From the NCBI GenBank assembly GCA_965214225.1, contig OZ243942.1, positions 3,106,035-3,170,034 on the forward strand: a stretch of 64,000 bases of DNA, read 5' to 3'. The position numbers and the translations under genes were made by a program. Below the pieces are notes generated by a model, which was given only the letters and a program-made list of their open reading frames with translations, was not told the DNA's origin and ran no database searches. Origin of the DNA: Polyangiales bacterium. Lineage in GTDB: Bacteria; Myxococcota_A; Polyangia; Polyangiales; CBDCBC01. Of the stretch, positions 9,007-16,258 are shown piece after piece; position 1 is the stretch's first letter, and each line of letters begins with the position of its first letter.

Positions 9007-9024
9007 TGTAAAGTGATCTTTACA
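9007..9024. promoter_or_regulatory. AT-rich palindrome TGTAAAG-tgat-CTTTACA (site 1 of 4)
   Basis: Perfect 7+7 inverted repeat with a 4-bp spacer, about 120 bp upstream of the 7805-8890 gene. The same motif recurs at 37084, 45315 and 45408. Confidence 0.5.
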
Positions 9025-9067
9025 CCGCCGACGATCCCTGTGGCCTCTTCGTGAGAAACGCTGAGAA

Positions 9068-9153
9068 AAGGGGACGCGTGTCAACCTTTTCAACCGTCGG
9101 AGTCGTGGCTGACTATCACTGTGACGGTTGACAAGGTTGACACGCGTCCCCTT
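9068..9153. repeat. long imperfect inverted repeat (31-bp arms, 1 mismatch, 24-nt loop)
   Basis: AAGGGGACGCGTGTCAACCTTTTCAACCGTC ... GACGGTTGACAAGGTTGACACGCGTCCCCTT, read directly. It lies next to the transposase-gene relic. Confidence 0.8.
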
Positions 9154-9171
9154 GCCCCGCCTTCACAGTGC

Positions 9172-9247
9172 GGTCTCTAAGCCAGCTGCGGTCACGCTCG
9201 GCTCGGCGTGAAGCATCGGGTGCCAGCGAGGTGTACCAGCTGTGTGG
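9172..9247 (-). pseudogene. 76-bp relic copy of the 3' part of the Y1 transposase gene
   Basis: 9181-9247 matches 5765-5831 with one mismatch (GCCAGCTGCGGT[C/A]ACGCTCGGCTCGGCGTGAAGCATCGGGTGCCAGCGAGGTGTACCAGCTGTGTGG). Similarity is lost on both sides. Confidence 0.75.
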
Positions 9248-9452
9248 AGCGCGTGGGATTCAGTGTGCTGATGAGGAAAGTCGAGTGCACGCGTAGGGTA
9301 TCTGGAAAAGGAGGAGGCGTAGCGACGTCTTCCTGACGGACATCCGACAACAAGCTGACGGAAGCTCGTGCGTCTCGAAGCCGAAATGTCAGATGTTCGC
9401 TAGGAAATCGCACATCCTTTGGTGGCACAGAGCCTGCAATGATGCAGCATTC

Positions 9453-9959
9453 ATGAACCTTTCGCGCACCATCGCAATCCTGTTCCTCCTGCAGCTGAGC
9501 CACGTTTCCGCAGCGAGCGCTAGCCAGTTGCGGAAGCGCAGCAGAAACCAGCTCCGTGCCATTGTAGAAGCACCCATTGAAGCGGCAGCTTCTCCGTGTT
9601 CAGTTAACGAACTGCATCTTCCAAGGTCGGCGAGCGTGCCGCCTGGCGAACTGGCCGTCGACGTTGATCTGAACGCACCCTTGCGCGGAAACCGGGCCAC
9701 CGCGAGGCTGCAACTGACGGGTTCTAAGGGGTCTATGGGAATGACCGTGCCGGTGTCGCTGACCTGCCCGCCTCCCGTGCTGGCTGCGGGTGCTGGTGTC
9801 AGAATCGTGGCTAAATCCGGTCTGGTGCGCGCTTCCGTTCCCGGTAAGGCGCTGCAAGCAGGACGCGTGGGGCAGCTGGTGCGCGTGCGCAACACCGTCA
9901 CACACGCGACCATGAGTGGACGCGTGGTGGATGGGCAGACGGTCGAGGTGATTCGATGA
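9453..9959 (+). CDS. flgA: flagellar basal-body P-ring formation chaperone FlgA
   Basis: Signal peptide MNLSRTIAILFLLQLSHVSAASA. SAF-like C-terminus (GKALQAGRVGQLVRVRN..T...SGRVVDGQTVEV). Its stop overlaps the flgH start (ATGA). Context is flgH/flgI. Confidence 0.75.
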   Translation: MNLSRTIAILFLLQLSHVSAASASQLRKRSRNQLRAIVEAPIEAAASPCSVNELHLPRSASVPPGELAVDVDLNAPLRGNRATARLQLTGSKGSMGMTVPVSLTCPPPVLAAGAGVRIVAKSGLVRASVPGKALQAGRVGQLVRVRNTVTHATMSGRVVDGQTVEVIR

Positions 9960-10636
9960 GACCTATAATCGCAGCACTTCTTCTGATGGTTGTAGGGTGT
10001 GCCGAATACACGCCACCACCCAAGGCGCCGAAGTCGCGCAAGTACGAGCATGGAAAGTACGACAGCACGCAGCCAACCTCGGACGGGTCGCTCTGGCAGG
10101 ATTCGGCCAGGGGGCTGTTTGCCGACTTCCGCGGCACCCGCGTAGGCGACCTAGTCACCATCCTGGTGGACGAGTCACCGGAGGCTCAAGGCAACGCCGG
10201 AACGGAGATGGACCGCAACTCGGAAGTCTCCGCTGGTGTTCCGAGCTTCTTCGGATTGACCCAGGCGATGAAGAGCGCCTACCCAGACATCGAACCGGAA
10301 GAGCTGTTCAAGGTGATGAGCACCGGGAGCTTTGACGGCACCGGGCAGACCAAGCGTGGGAGCCGCGTGCGTTCACCGATCTCCGTGCGGGTGAAGCAGA
10401 CGATGCCGAACGGTGATCTCTTTATCGAAGGAAATAAGACGCTGCTAGTCAACGACGAGGAGCTGCGCATCTACATCTCCGGCGTCATCCGACCCGAAGA
10501 CATCCAGACCGACAACACCGTCAACTCCAGCCGCATTGCGGACGCAGAAGTGGAGTTTACCGGTCGCGGCGTGTTGACAGACAACCAGCGTCAGGGGTGG
10601 CTGACCCGCATCATCAGTTCAATCAACCCGTTCTAG
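9956..10636 (+). CDS. flgH: flagellar L-ring lipoprotein FlgH
   Basis: Lipobox LLMVVGCAEY. FlgH-typical SLW....R.LF.D.RA..VGDLVTI, and NGDL.I.G.K....N.E...I..SG.+RP.DI. Confidence 0.9.
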   Translation: MRPIIAALLLMVVGCAEYTPPPKAPKSRKYEHGKYDSTQPTSDGSLWQDSARGLFADFRGTRVGDLVTILVDESPEAQGNAGTEMDRNSEVSAGVPSFFGLTQAMKSAYPDIEPEELFKVMSTGSFDGTGQTKRGSRVRSPISVRVKQTMPNGDLFIEGNKTLLVNDEELRIYISGVIRPEDIQTDNTVNSSRIADAEVEFTGRGVLTDNQRQGWLTRIISSINPF

Positions 10637-10644
10637 GAGGTTTT

Positions 10645-11760
10645 GTGAGGCATTTGAGGCGTGCATGTTTGCTTTTAGCCGCTTTCGGGTTGGCCTGGAC
10701 CGCTCAGTCAGCGGACGCAGCCCGCATTGAAGAGCTGTGCGACGTCAAAGGCGTCCGCAGCAACCAGCTAATTGGCTACGGCCTTGTGGTTGGGCTCAAC
10801 AACACCGGCGACACCGGGCAAGCGCGCTTTACGGTGCAGAGCACAGCAGCCATGCTTCGGCGTCTCGGCGCAACCATCGACCCGCGCACCATTCGCACAC
10901 GCAACGCTGCGGCGGTGATGGTGACTGCCACGTTGCCGGGTGCTGTTCAGCCAGGCACGCGCATCGACGTCGTGGTCTCTTCATTGGGTAATGCGCGCAG
11001 CTTGCTTGGCGGCACGCTGCTGCAAACGCCGCTCTATGCGGCGGATCGACGCGTCTACGCGGTGGCGCAGGGTCCGCTGCTCATCGGCGGCTACTCTGCA
11101 TCCGGTCGTACCGGTTCGAGTGTCCAGCGTAACCATACGACAACAGCCCGTGTTCCACAGGGCGCCATTGTCGAGCGCGACGTTCCTACGGTTGCCCTTG
11201 CAAAGCAAAAGTCCATCGTGCTGACGCTGAGAGAACCATCCTTTGTGACGGCACAGCGTATTGCAGAAGCTATCAACACCTCGCTCGGAGATGGCGCTGC
11301 AGCGGCCGTGAGCGCTGGCTCCGTGAGGATGAATCCGCCGCAGAAGTTCCGTGGCGACCCCGTAGGACTTCTAGCGACGGTGCAGCTACTGGAGGTTGAG
11401 CCAGATACCCCCGTAAGGGTGGTCATCGATGAACGCACTGGCACAGTCGCGCTTGGCGCGGGTGTGCGGATTTCTGAAGTGGCCGTTGCGCACGGGGGCC
11501 TCACGGTCGAAATCAATGAATCAGTCGCTGTCTCTCAGCCGCAGGCGCAGTTCGGGCAGGGGTCGACCGCGGTGGTGCCGCAATCGGACGTCCGTGCCAC
11601 TTCGGAGCAAGGCAACGTAAGGCTTGTGAAGACCACTGCCGAGCTTTCCGATGTGGTGAATGCTCTCAATGCGCTCGGGGCACGTCCGCGGGACCTGGTC
11701 GGTATCTTTCAGGCGTTGCGCACAGCGGGTGCACTGCGCGCCGACATCGAGGTCCAATGA
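10645..11760 (+). CDS. flgI: flagellar P-ring protein FlgI
   Basis: GTG at 10645, 5 nt after an AGGAGG. Signal peptide followed by ARIEELCDVKGVRSNQLIGYGLVVGLNNTGD, which is a diagnostic FlgI N-terminus. C-terminus ...LNALGARPRDLVGIFQALRTAGALRADIEVQ. Confidence 0.92.
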   Translation: MRHLRRACLLLAAFGLAWTAQSADAARIEELCDVKGVRSNQLIGYGLVVGLNNTGDTGQARFTVQSTAAMLRRLGATIDPRTIRTRNAAAVMVTATLPGAVQPGTRIDVVVSSLGNARSLLGGTLLQTPLYAADRRVYAVAQGPLLIGGYSASGRTGSSVQRNHTTTARVPQGAIVERDVPTVALAKQKSIVLTLREPSFVTAQRIAEAINTSLGDGAAAAVSAGSVRMNPPQKFRGDPVGLLATVQLLEVEPDTPVRVVIDERTGTVALGAGVRISEVAVAHGGLTVEINESVAVSQPQAQFGQGSTAVVPQSDVRATSEQGNVRLVKTTAELSDVVNALNALGARPRDLVGIFQALRTAGALRADIEVQ

Positions 11761-11875
11761 TCACCACTGTCAGTGCACACCATGCTTGTGTCGCGTCTTC
11801 AGGCATTGCGCGCACAGGGAGCATGCTCGGCACGCCACGTGCGCCTCACTGCAGAAGGGAGCGAGGCAAGTACAT

Positions 11876-11927
11876 CTGCGCCACAGCCACCTGCGCCACA
11901 GCCACCTGCGCCACAGCCACCTGCGCC
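11876..11927. repeat. 15-bp tandem repeat x3.4 (CTGCGCCACAGCCAC)
   Basis: Read directly. It lies in the unusually long (316 bp) flgI-flgJ spacer. Confidence 0.8.
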
Positions 11928-12076
11928 CCAAGCGGGTTATCATTGGGCGTGGTCAGGCGTGGCAGGTCGTCCGGCCGAGTTTTCCGCTTAGGTCCTCTTC
12001 AAGAGTCCGTAGATGGACGTCACATACCTGCGCAGGCTGCGGAACGACCGGAGCTGCACGTGGAGGAGCAGGCCGG

Positions 12077-13210
12077 ATGACGTTACCTGTTGCACCTTTG
12101 CCAAGTGATGAGTCTCAGCGGGCCGAGCGGGCGGGTGCGCAGTCGCAACGTCAGGCGCAGAAGGCCGCGAAGGAGTTTGAAACCCTGTTTGTGCAGCAGA
12201 TGATGAAAGTCATGCGCACGTCAATGACAAGAGGGATGAGCGAATCGGCGATGGGGGGATCACAGTACATGCAGATGTTTGACGCAGCGCTCGCCAACTC
12301 GATCACCGAAACCGGGGCCCTCGATTTGCAGCGCATCTTTACCGCCGGCTTTGATGACGAAGACGCTCCGGTCAAGACCGTGCATGCCATGGCCCCTCTG
12401 CGCGCAGGGGCCATGTATGGCGTGATCGCCCCTTCCTCAAGCGGGCCTCCTCTGCGCGGAGCCACAGGCGCGATGCAGCGGGCTGCGGCCCAACTTATCG
12501 GTGTGGGAGGGGCGGAGCGATGGGGTCGAGAGGGTCGCCTTTTGCCCCAGGACCTCGCCAGCAACTACGCCGCTCGGTTGCAGGACGGTAAGGCTAAGTT
12601 CAACGTCAACGACGCGAGTGGTTACCAGGGGTACTATAAGTGTAACTTGTTCGCCTTCGAGCTCGCCCGTCGAGCAGGCTTTCAAGTGCCAGTTGTAGGT
12701 CGCAAGCGTGGCTTTGGCTATCCGGTTTCCAGCGCTGTAGCCCAAGATGCTGCGAGCAACCGGCAGGTCAGAGGCAACTGGGGCCGAGTTGTGACCGGTG
12801 AAGGTGCGAGTTCATTAGACGCTGGACTTCTGCAAGGAAGTCGGGCGTTCATGCTTGCAGCAAGCGCCTCTGACCCAAAGCGTGCAGGCCACATGGCGGT
12901 GGTGGAGAGGGTGCGAGAGGTCAAACACGACAACCAAGGCAAGATCAAGCAAATCGTGTTCGATGGCTGGGAGGCGAGGTCGAAAGGTGCGCGGCACCTA
13001 CAGCAGCGCACATGGAATCGCAGCGATACCCATGGCGGACACGACGTTCGGGGGGGCTTTGGGAACATCGAAGTCATTGAGTTAAAGCCGGCACAACGCG
13101 GCAAAGTGCAGGAGGTCGCGCTCTCCAAACCCGGCTTGCCATCCAAACATGACATTTTTGCCTCAAGTTCTCCGCTCCATCGTCCGATTGCTAGAAGGGA
13201 GGGAACATGA
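12077..13210 (+). CDS. flgJ: FlgJ-like protein: rod-binding domain fused to a putative Cys/His (papain-fold, NlpC/P60- or CHAP-like) domain
   Basis: ATG 12077 is preceded by GGAGGAG. The N-terminal AAKEFETLFVQQMMKVMRTSM is the FlgJ rod-binding signature. The C-terminal half has a candidate Cys (GYYKCNLFAFELARRAG) and His (RAGHMAVVERV) pair. The 5' extension of the track ORF (11660-12076) overlaps flgI and a repeat, and is not credited. Confidence 0.75.
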   Translation: MTLPVAPLPSDESQRAERAGAQSQRQAQKAAKEFETLFVQQMMKVMRTSMTRGMSESAMGGSQYMQMFDAALANSITETGALDLQRIFTAGFDDEDAPVKTVHAMAPLRAGAMYGVIAPSSSGPPLRGATGAMQRAAAQLIGVGGAERWGREGRLLPQDLASNYAARLQDGKAKFNVNDASGYQGYYKCNLFAFELARRAGFQVPVVGRKRGFGYPVSSAVAQDAASNRQVRGNWGRVVTGEGASSLDAGLLQGSRAFMLAASASDPKRAGHMAVVERVREVKHDNQGKIKQIVFDGWEARSKGARHLQQRTWNRSDTHGGHDVRGGFGNIEVIELKPAQRGKVQEVALSKPGLPSKHDIFASSSPLHRPIARREGT

Positions 13211-13470
13211 AGATCGACGGGAGCTCAAGGTCTCCATATATTCGCCAGCAATCTCTGGCGGGGCAGGCTTCAAAGGCCAGACCAGACGCCACAAGGGGCG
13301 AGAGCGTGCGGCTGTCCGGCGAGGCGGACCTTCTGCAAAACGCTCGTCAGCCTGAGCGTACGGATCGGCAAAGGGTGGAGAAGCTTCGACTCTCCCTTAG
13401 CGAAGGCACCTTCGAGGTCGATCCGTACAAGATTGCTGACGCGATGTTGCGTGAAGAGCGGCTGGCATAG
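13207..13470 (+). CDS. flgM: anti-sigma-28 factor FlgM
   Basis: 87 aa. C-terminal VEKLRLSLSEGTFEVDPYKIADAML is typical of FlgM. ATGA overlap with flgJ. Position before flgN-flgK-flgL. Confidence 0.8.
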   Translation: MKIDGSSRSPYIRQQSLAGQASKARPDATRGESVRLSGEADLLQNARQPERTDRQRVEKLRLSLSEGTFEVDPYKIADAMLREERLA

Positions 13471-13626
13471 TGTTGCGTGAAGAGCGGCTGGCATGGTGTT
13501 GCGTGAAGAGCGGCTGGCATAATGTTGCGTGAAGAGCGGCTGGCATGGTGTTGCGTGAAGAGCGGCTGGCATGGTGTTGCGTGAAGAGCGGCTGGCATGG
13601 TGTTGCGTGAAGAGCGGCTGGCACAG
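13445..13626. repeat. 26-bp tandem repeat x7 (TGTTGCGTGAAGAGCGGCTGGCAnnG) beginning inside flgM
   Basis: Unit starts at 13445, 13471, 13497, 13523, 13549, 13575 and 13601. Unit 1 encodes the last 8 codons plus the TAG stop of flgM. Units differ only in the last 2-3 nt (TAG/TGG/TAA/TGG/TGG/TGG/CAG). Confidence 0.95.
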
Positions 13627-13674
13627 TGCAGGCCCGTCACCAGCGGCATCTGCCATGGAGGAGCGAAGACGAAC

Positions 13675-13986
13675 ATGAACACTCAACTTGAGAAAGATCT
13701 CTACTGCTTGCTGGAACAGGAGCGCGAAGCGGCAAGAAGCGCCGATGTCGGTCAGCTTCTTAGCCTCCAGGACCAGAAAAGCACGCTGATGGCGCAGTTG
13801 CTAGATGGCGAGGGTGAACCTCAGCTGGATCCAGCCACAACGCAGCTGGCTACATCAAACGTCAAGCTCATCCGCCACCTGTGCAGTTGCCTACGGGGTC
13901 TGACTGCCGGCGGTGACCCCGATGTGTACTCTGCCTCTGGAGAGGCTCGCTCCATGCGTCCCTCGTACGTCAAGGGCGCACTGTGA
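13675..13986 (+). CDS. flgN: FlgN-like flagellar export chaperone
   Basis: ATG 13675 is preceded by GGAGGAG. About 103 aa, helical, Q/L-rich (LLEQEREAARSADVGQLLSLQDQKSTLMAQL). Sits between flgM and flgK. The longer track start (13597) lies inside the repeat array. Confidence 0.6.
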   Translation: MNTQLEKDLYCLLEQEREAARSADVGQLLSLQDQKSTLMAQLLDGEGEPQLDPATTQLATSNVKLIRHLCSCLRGLTAGGDPDVYSASGEARSMRPSYVKGAL

Positions 13987-15374
13987 CAGCGCTGTTTGGC
14001 CTTCTTCGTACGGGCGCGAGTGGAATGAAAGCCCACTCTTACTCGCTCAACCTGTCAGCCAATAACGTCGCAAACGCTTCGACACCGGGATATGTTCGGC
14101 GAAGTACCGTGCTGCAGGAGCAATGGCCACCGCCGCCCATTAGCGGCGGCGTGCAGGTGACTGGAACACGTCGCCACGTGGACCCCTACCTTGAGAAGCG
14201 GATGCTTTCAGCTGAATCGATGAAGGGCCGTGCGGAAGCAGGTGTGGGAGGTTTGGGCATACTCGACAACGTTTTTGCCGAGGGTCCGGGCCAACTGGGT
14301 GAAGCCATTGCGCACTTTGAGACAGCACTCTCCAGCCTGGCCTCGCAGCCAAACGACGGCGGGGTGCGCTCCGATGTGCTGGGAAGGGCTGAGCAGCTGG
14401 CCCAGGCCTTCCGCAACACGGCTGATTCGGTCGCTCAAGCTCGGGATGACCTGAACCAACGCGTGGTTGAAACTGTAGGCGATGTCAATCTGCGGCTAGA
14501 GCAGATCGGCGATCTCAATATTCGCATTGCGAACATAGAGGGCACCGGAGGCGACGCAAGCTCGATGCGCGACCAGCGAGAGCAACTGGTGCGGGAAGTC
14601 GCCGAACGCGTGCCGGTCAGTGCGCTCGAAAATCAGCGAGGCGGCATCAACCTTGTGCTCACGGGCGGAGGGACGCTGGTCACCGCAGAAGGTTCGGTGG
14701 CGGTCCTGGGGTTGGATAACGACGCATCAGGCGACACAACGGTCACCTTCACTGAGGCTGGCGGTAAGGTAGAAGTGACCGACCGGCTAACCAGCGGAAG
14801 CATTGGAGGCTATCTGGCGGCACGTGACGGTGCGTTGGCAGACGCCCGCGATGGCTTAGACAGTCTCGCGCACGATATTGCCACGGCGTACAACGATGTG
14901 CACAGCGCAGGCTTTGACCTAGACGGCAACACGGGAAGTAACCTGTTCGCTCCTTCAGCGACAGCTGCGGGTGCCGCAATCACCATGCGTGTATCCGACG
15001 ACGTCAAAGGCAACCCCGATGCGGTTGCTGCAGCCACAGATGCAGCTCAGGTTCCTGGCGACAACCGCAACGCGCTTGCCCTTCAAGCGCTGAGCTCAGC
15101 GAGCATTGCTGGAGGCGGAAGTGCAACCGCCTCAGGGGCCATGGCGTCGATGACCGGATCAGCGGGGCGCTCAATCTCTTCGTTTAAAGACGATGGTAAT
15201 TACGCAGACGCCGTGCATCAGCAGCTGACGGAGATGCGGGAGGCAGTCTCCGGTGTATCTATGGACGAGGAGATGACCAAGATTACCTTCTATCAACGCG
15301 CCTATGAAGCATCAATACAGGTTTTAAAGACCGCTGATCAAATGCTGGCCGAACTAATCAACATGAGGAGATAG
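13983..15374 (+). CDS. flgK: flagellar hook-associated protein 1 FlgK
   Basis: N-terminus LFGLLRTGASGMKAHSYSLNLSANNVANASTPGYVRR. C-terminus EEMTKITFYQRAYEASIQVLKTADQMLAELINM. GTG start overlaps the flgN stop. Confidence 0.92.
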   Translation: MTALFGLLRTGASGMKAHSYSLNLSANNVANASTPGYVRRSTVLQEQWPPPPISGGVQVTGTRRHVDPYLEKRMLSAESMKGRAEAGVGGLGILDNVFAEGPGQLGEAIAHFETALSSLASQPNDGGVRSDVLGRAEQLAQAFRNTADSVAQARDDLNQRVVETVGDVNLRLEQIGDLNIRIANIEGTGGDASSMRDQREQLVREVAERVPVSALENQRGGINLVLTGGGTLVTAEGSVAVLGLDNDASGDTTVTFTEAGGKVEVTDRLTSGSIGGYLAARDGALADARDGLDSLAHDIATAYNDVHSAGFDLDGNTGSNLFAPSATAAGAAITMRVSDDVKGNPDAVAAATDAAQVPGDNRNALALQALSSASIAGGGSATASGAMASMTGSAGRSISSFKDDGNYADAVHQQLTEMREAVSGVSMDEEMTKITFYQRAYEASIQVLKTADQMLAELINMRR

Positions 15375-15376
15375 AG

Positions 15377-16252
15377 ATGCGAGTGACTGAGGGTATGCTG
15401 TCCAACCTTGCGCGTGAGCGCATCACCCGAGCTCGCTCTACTGTTTATGAGGCGCAGCAGGTGGCCGGCACTGGGATTCGCGCCGGCAAGCCTTCGGATG
15501 ACCCTACAGCAGTGGCAATCGGTGCACGCGCGTCTCATCAGAAGTCCCTTGCCGTCTCACGCATGCGAACTGCCGAAGCAGGCCTCGGAAGCTTGCAGTT
15601 TCAGGACGGCACCCTCGCGGACGTGGGAACATTGCTCTCTAGGGCCAAGGAGCTTGCGCTGCAAGGGTCCGGAGGCGCCGCTTCAGATTCTGACCGCGCC
15701 GTGCTTGTTGAAGAACTCAATGCCGTGCGTGAACAGGTCCGCTCGCTCGCGAATGCTCGATTTGACGGGGAATACATCTTCTCTGGGTATGCCACTGGGA
15801 CGCAGCCATTCGCCGCCGACGGCACCTACCAGGGCGGCACAGACACAGTTGAGCTGGAGGTGGCGGCAGGTGTGAGAGTGGCCAAGGGAGTGACTGGCGA
15901 AGCTGCTCTTACCCTCGGGGGAGGTGACAATATCTTCACTGCCCTTGACGCTCTTCATACCGCCTTGAGCAACAACGACCCGACAGCCGCACAGGACACA
16001 GTTGGTCAAATGGACGATGCCATTCGTCAAGTGGCCAAGTCGCGTGCCACGGTGGGAGGCCACATGCAGAGCTTCCAGACGGCGTTTGCAGCGGCCGAGC
16101 GGGTGTACGACTACGCTTTTGAACAGCGTTCGCAGCTCATCGAAGCCGATCCATTTGAAGCGTACACCGACCTCAGCCAGGCTCTTCAAGCTCTCCAGGC
16201 GGCGTCACAACTTGCGCAGTTGTTGCCGCGTGAGGGGCTCCTAGGAGGATAA
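15377..16252 (+). CDS. flgL: flagellar hook-associated protein 3 FlgL
   Basis: MRVTEGML..., PSDDPTAV, and a flagellin-like C-terminal helix (DPFEAYTDLSQALQALQAASQLAQ). 291 aa. Confidence 0.88.
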   Translation: MRVTEGMLSNLARERITRARSTVYEAQQVAGTGIRAGKPSDDPTAVAIGARASHQKSLAVSRMRTAEAGLGSLQFQDGTLADVGTLLSRAKELALQGSGGAASDSDRAVLVEELNAVREQVRSLANARFDGEYIFSGYATGTQPFAADGTYQGGTDTVELEVAAGVRVAKGVTGEAALTLGGGDNIFTALDALHTALSNNDPTAAQDTVGQMDDAIRQVAKSRATVGGHMQSFQTAFAAAERVYDYAFEQRSQLIEADPFEAYTDLSQALQALQAASQLAQLLPREGLLGG

Positions 16253-16258
16253 TAGCTT

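Noticed and set aside
11660-12076. N-terminal 139-codon extension of the flgJ ORF (track ORF 11660-13210).
   Set aside because: It overlaps the 3' end of flgI, runs through the 15-bp tandem repeat, and is Arg/His/Cys-rich low complexity. A good RBS plus ATG at 12077 precedes the rod-binding domain.
13270-13686. Reverse-strand ORFs (138, 111 and 75 aa) with a repeated HASRSSRNTMPAALHAT peptide.
   Set aside because: They are artefacts of the 26-bp array read on the antisense strand in all three frames, and they overlap flgM and flgN.
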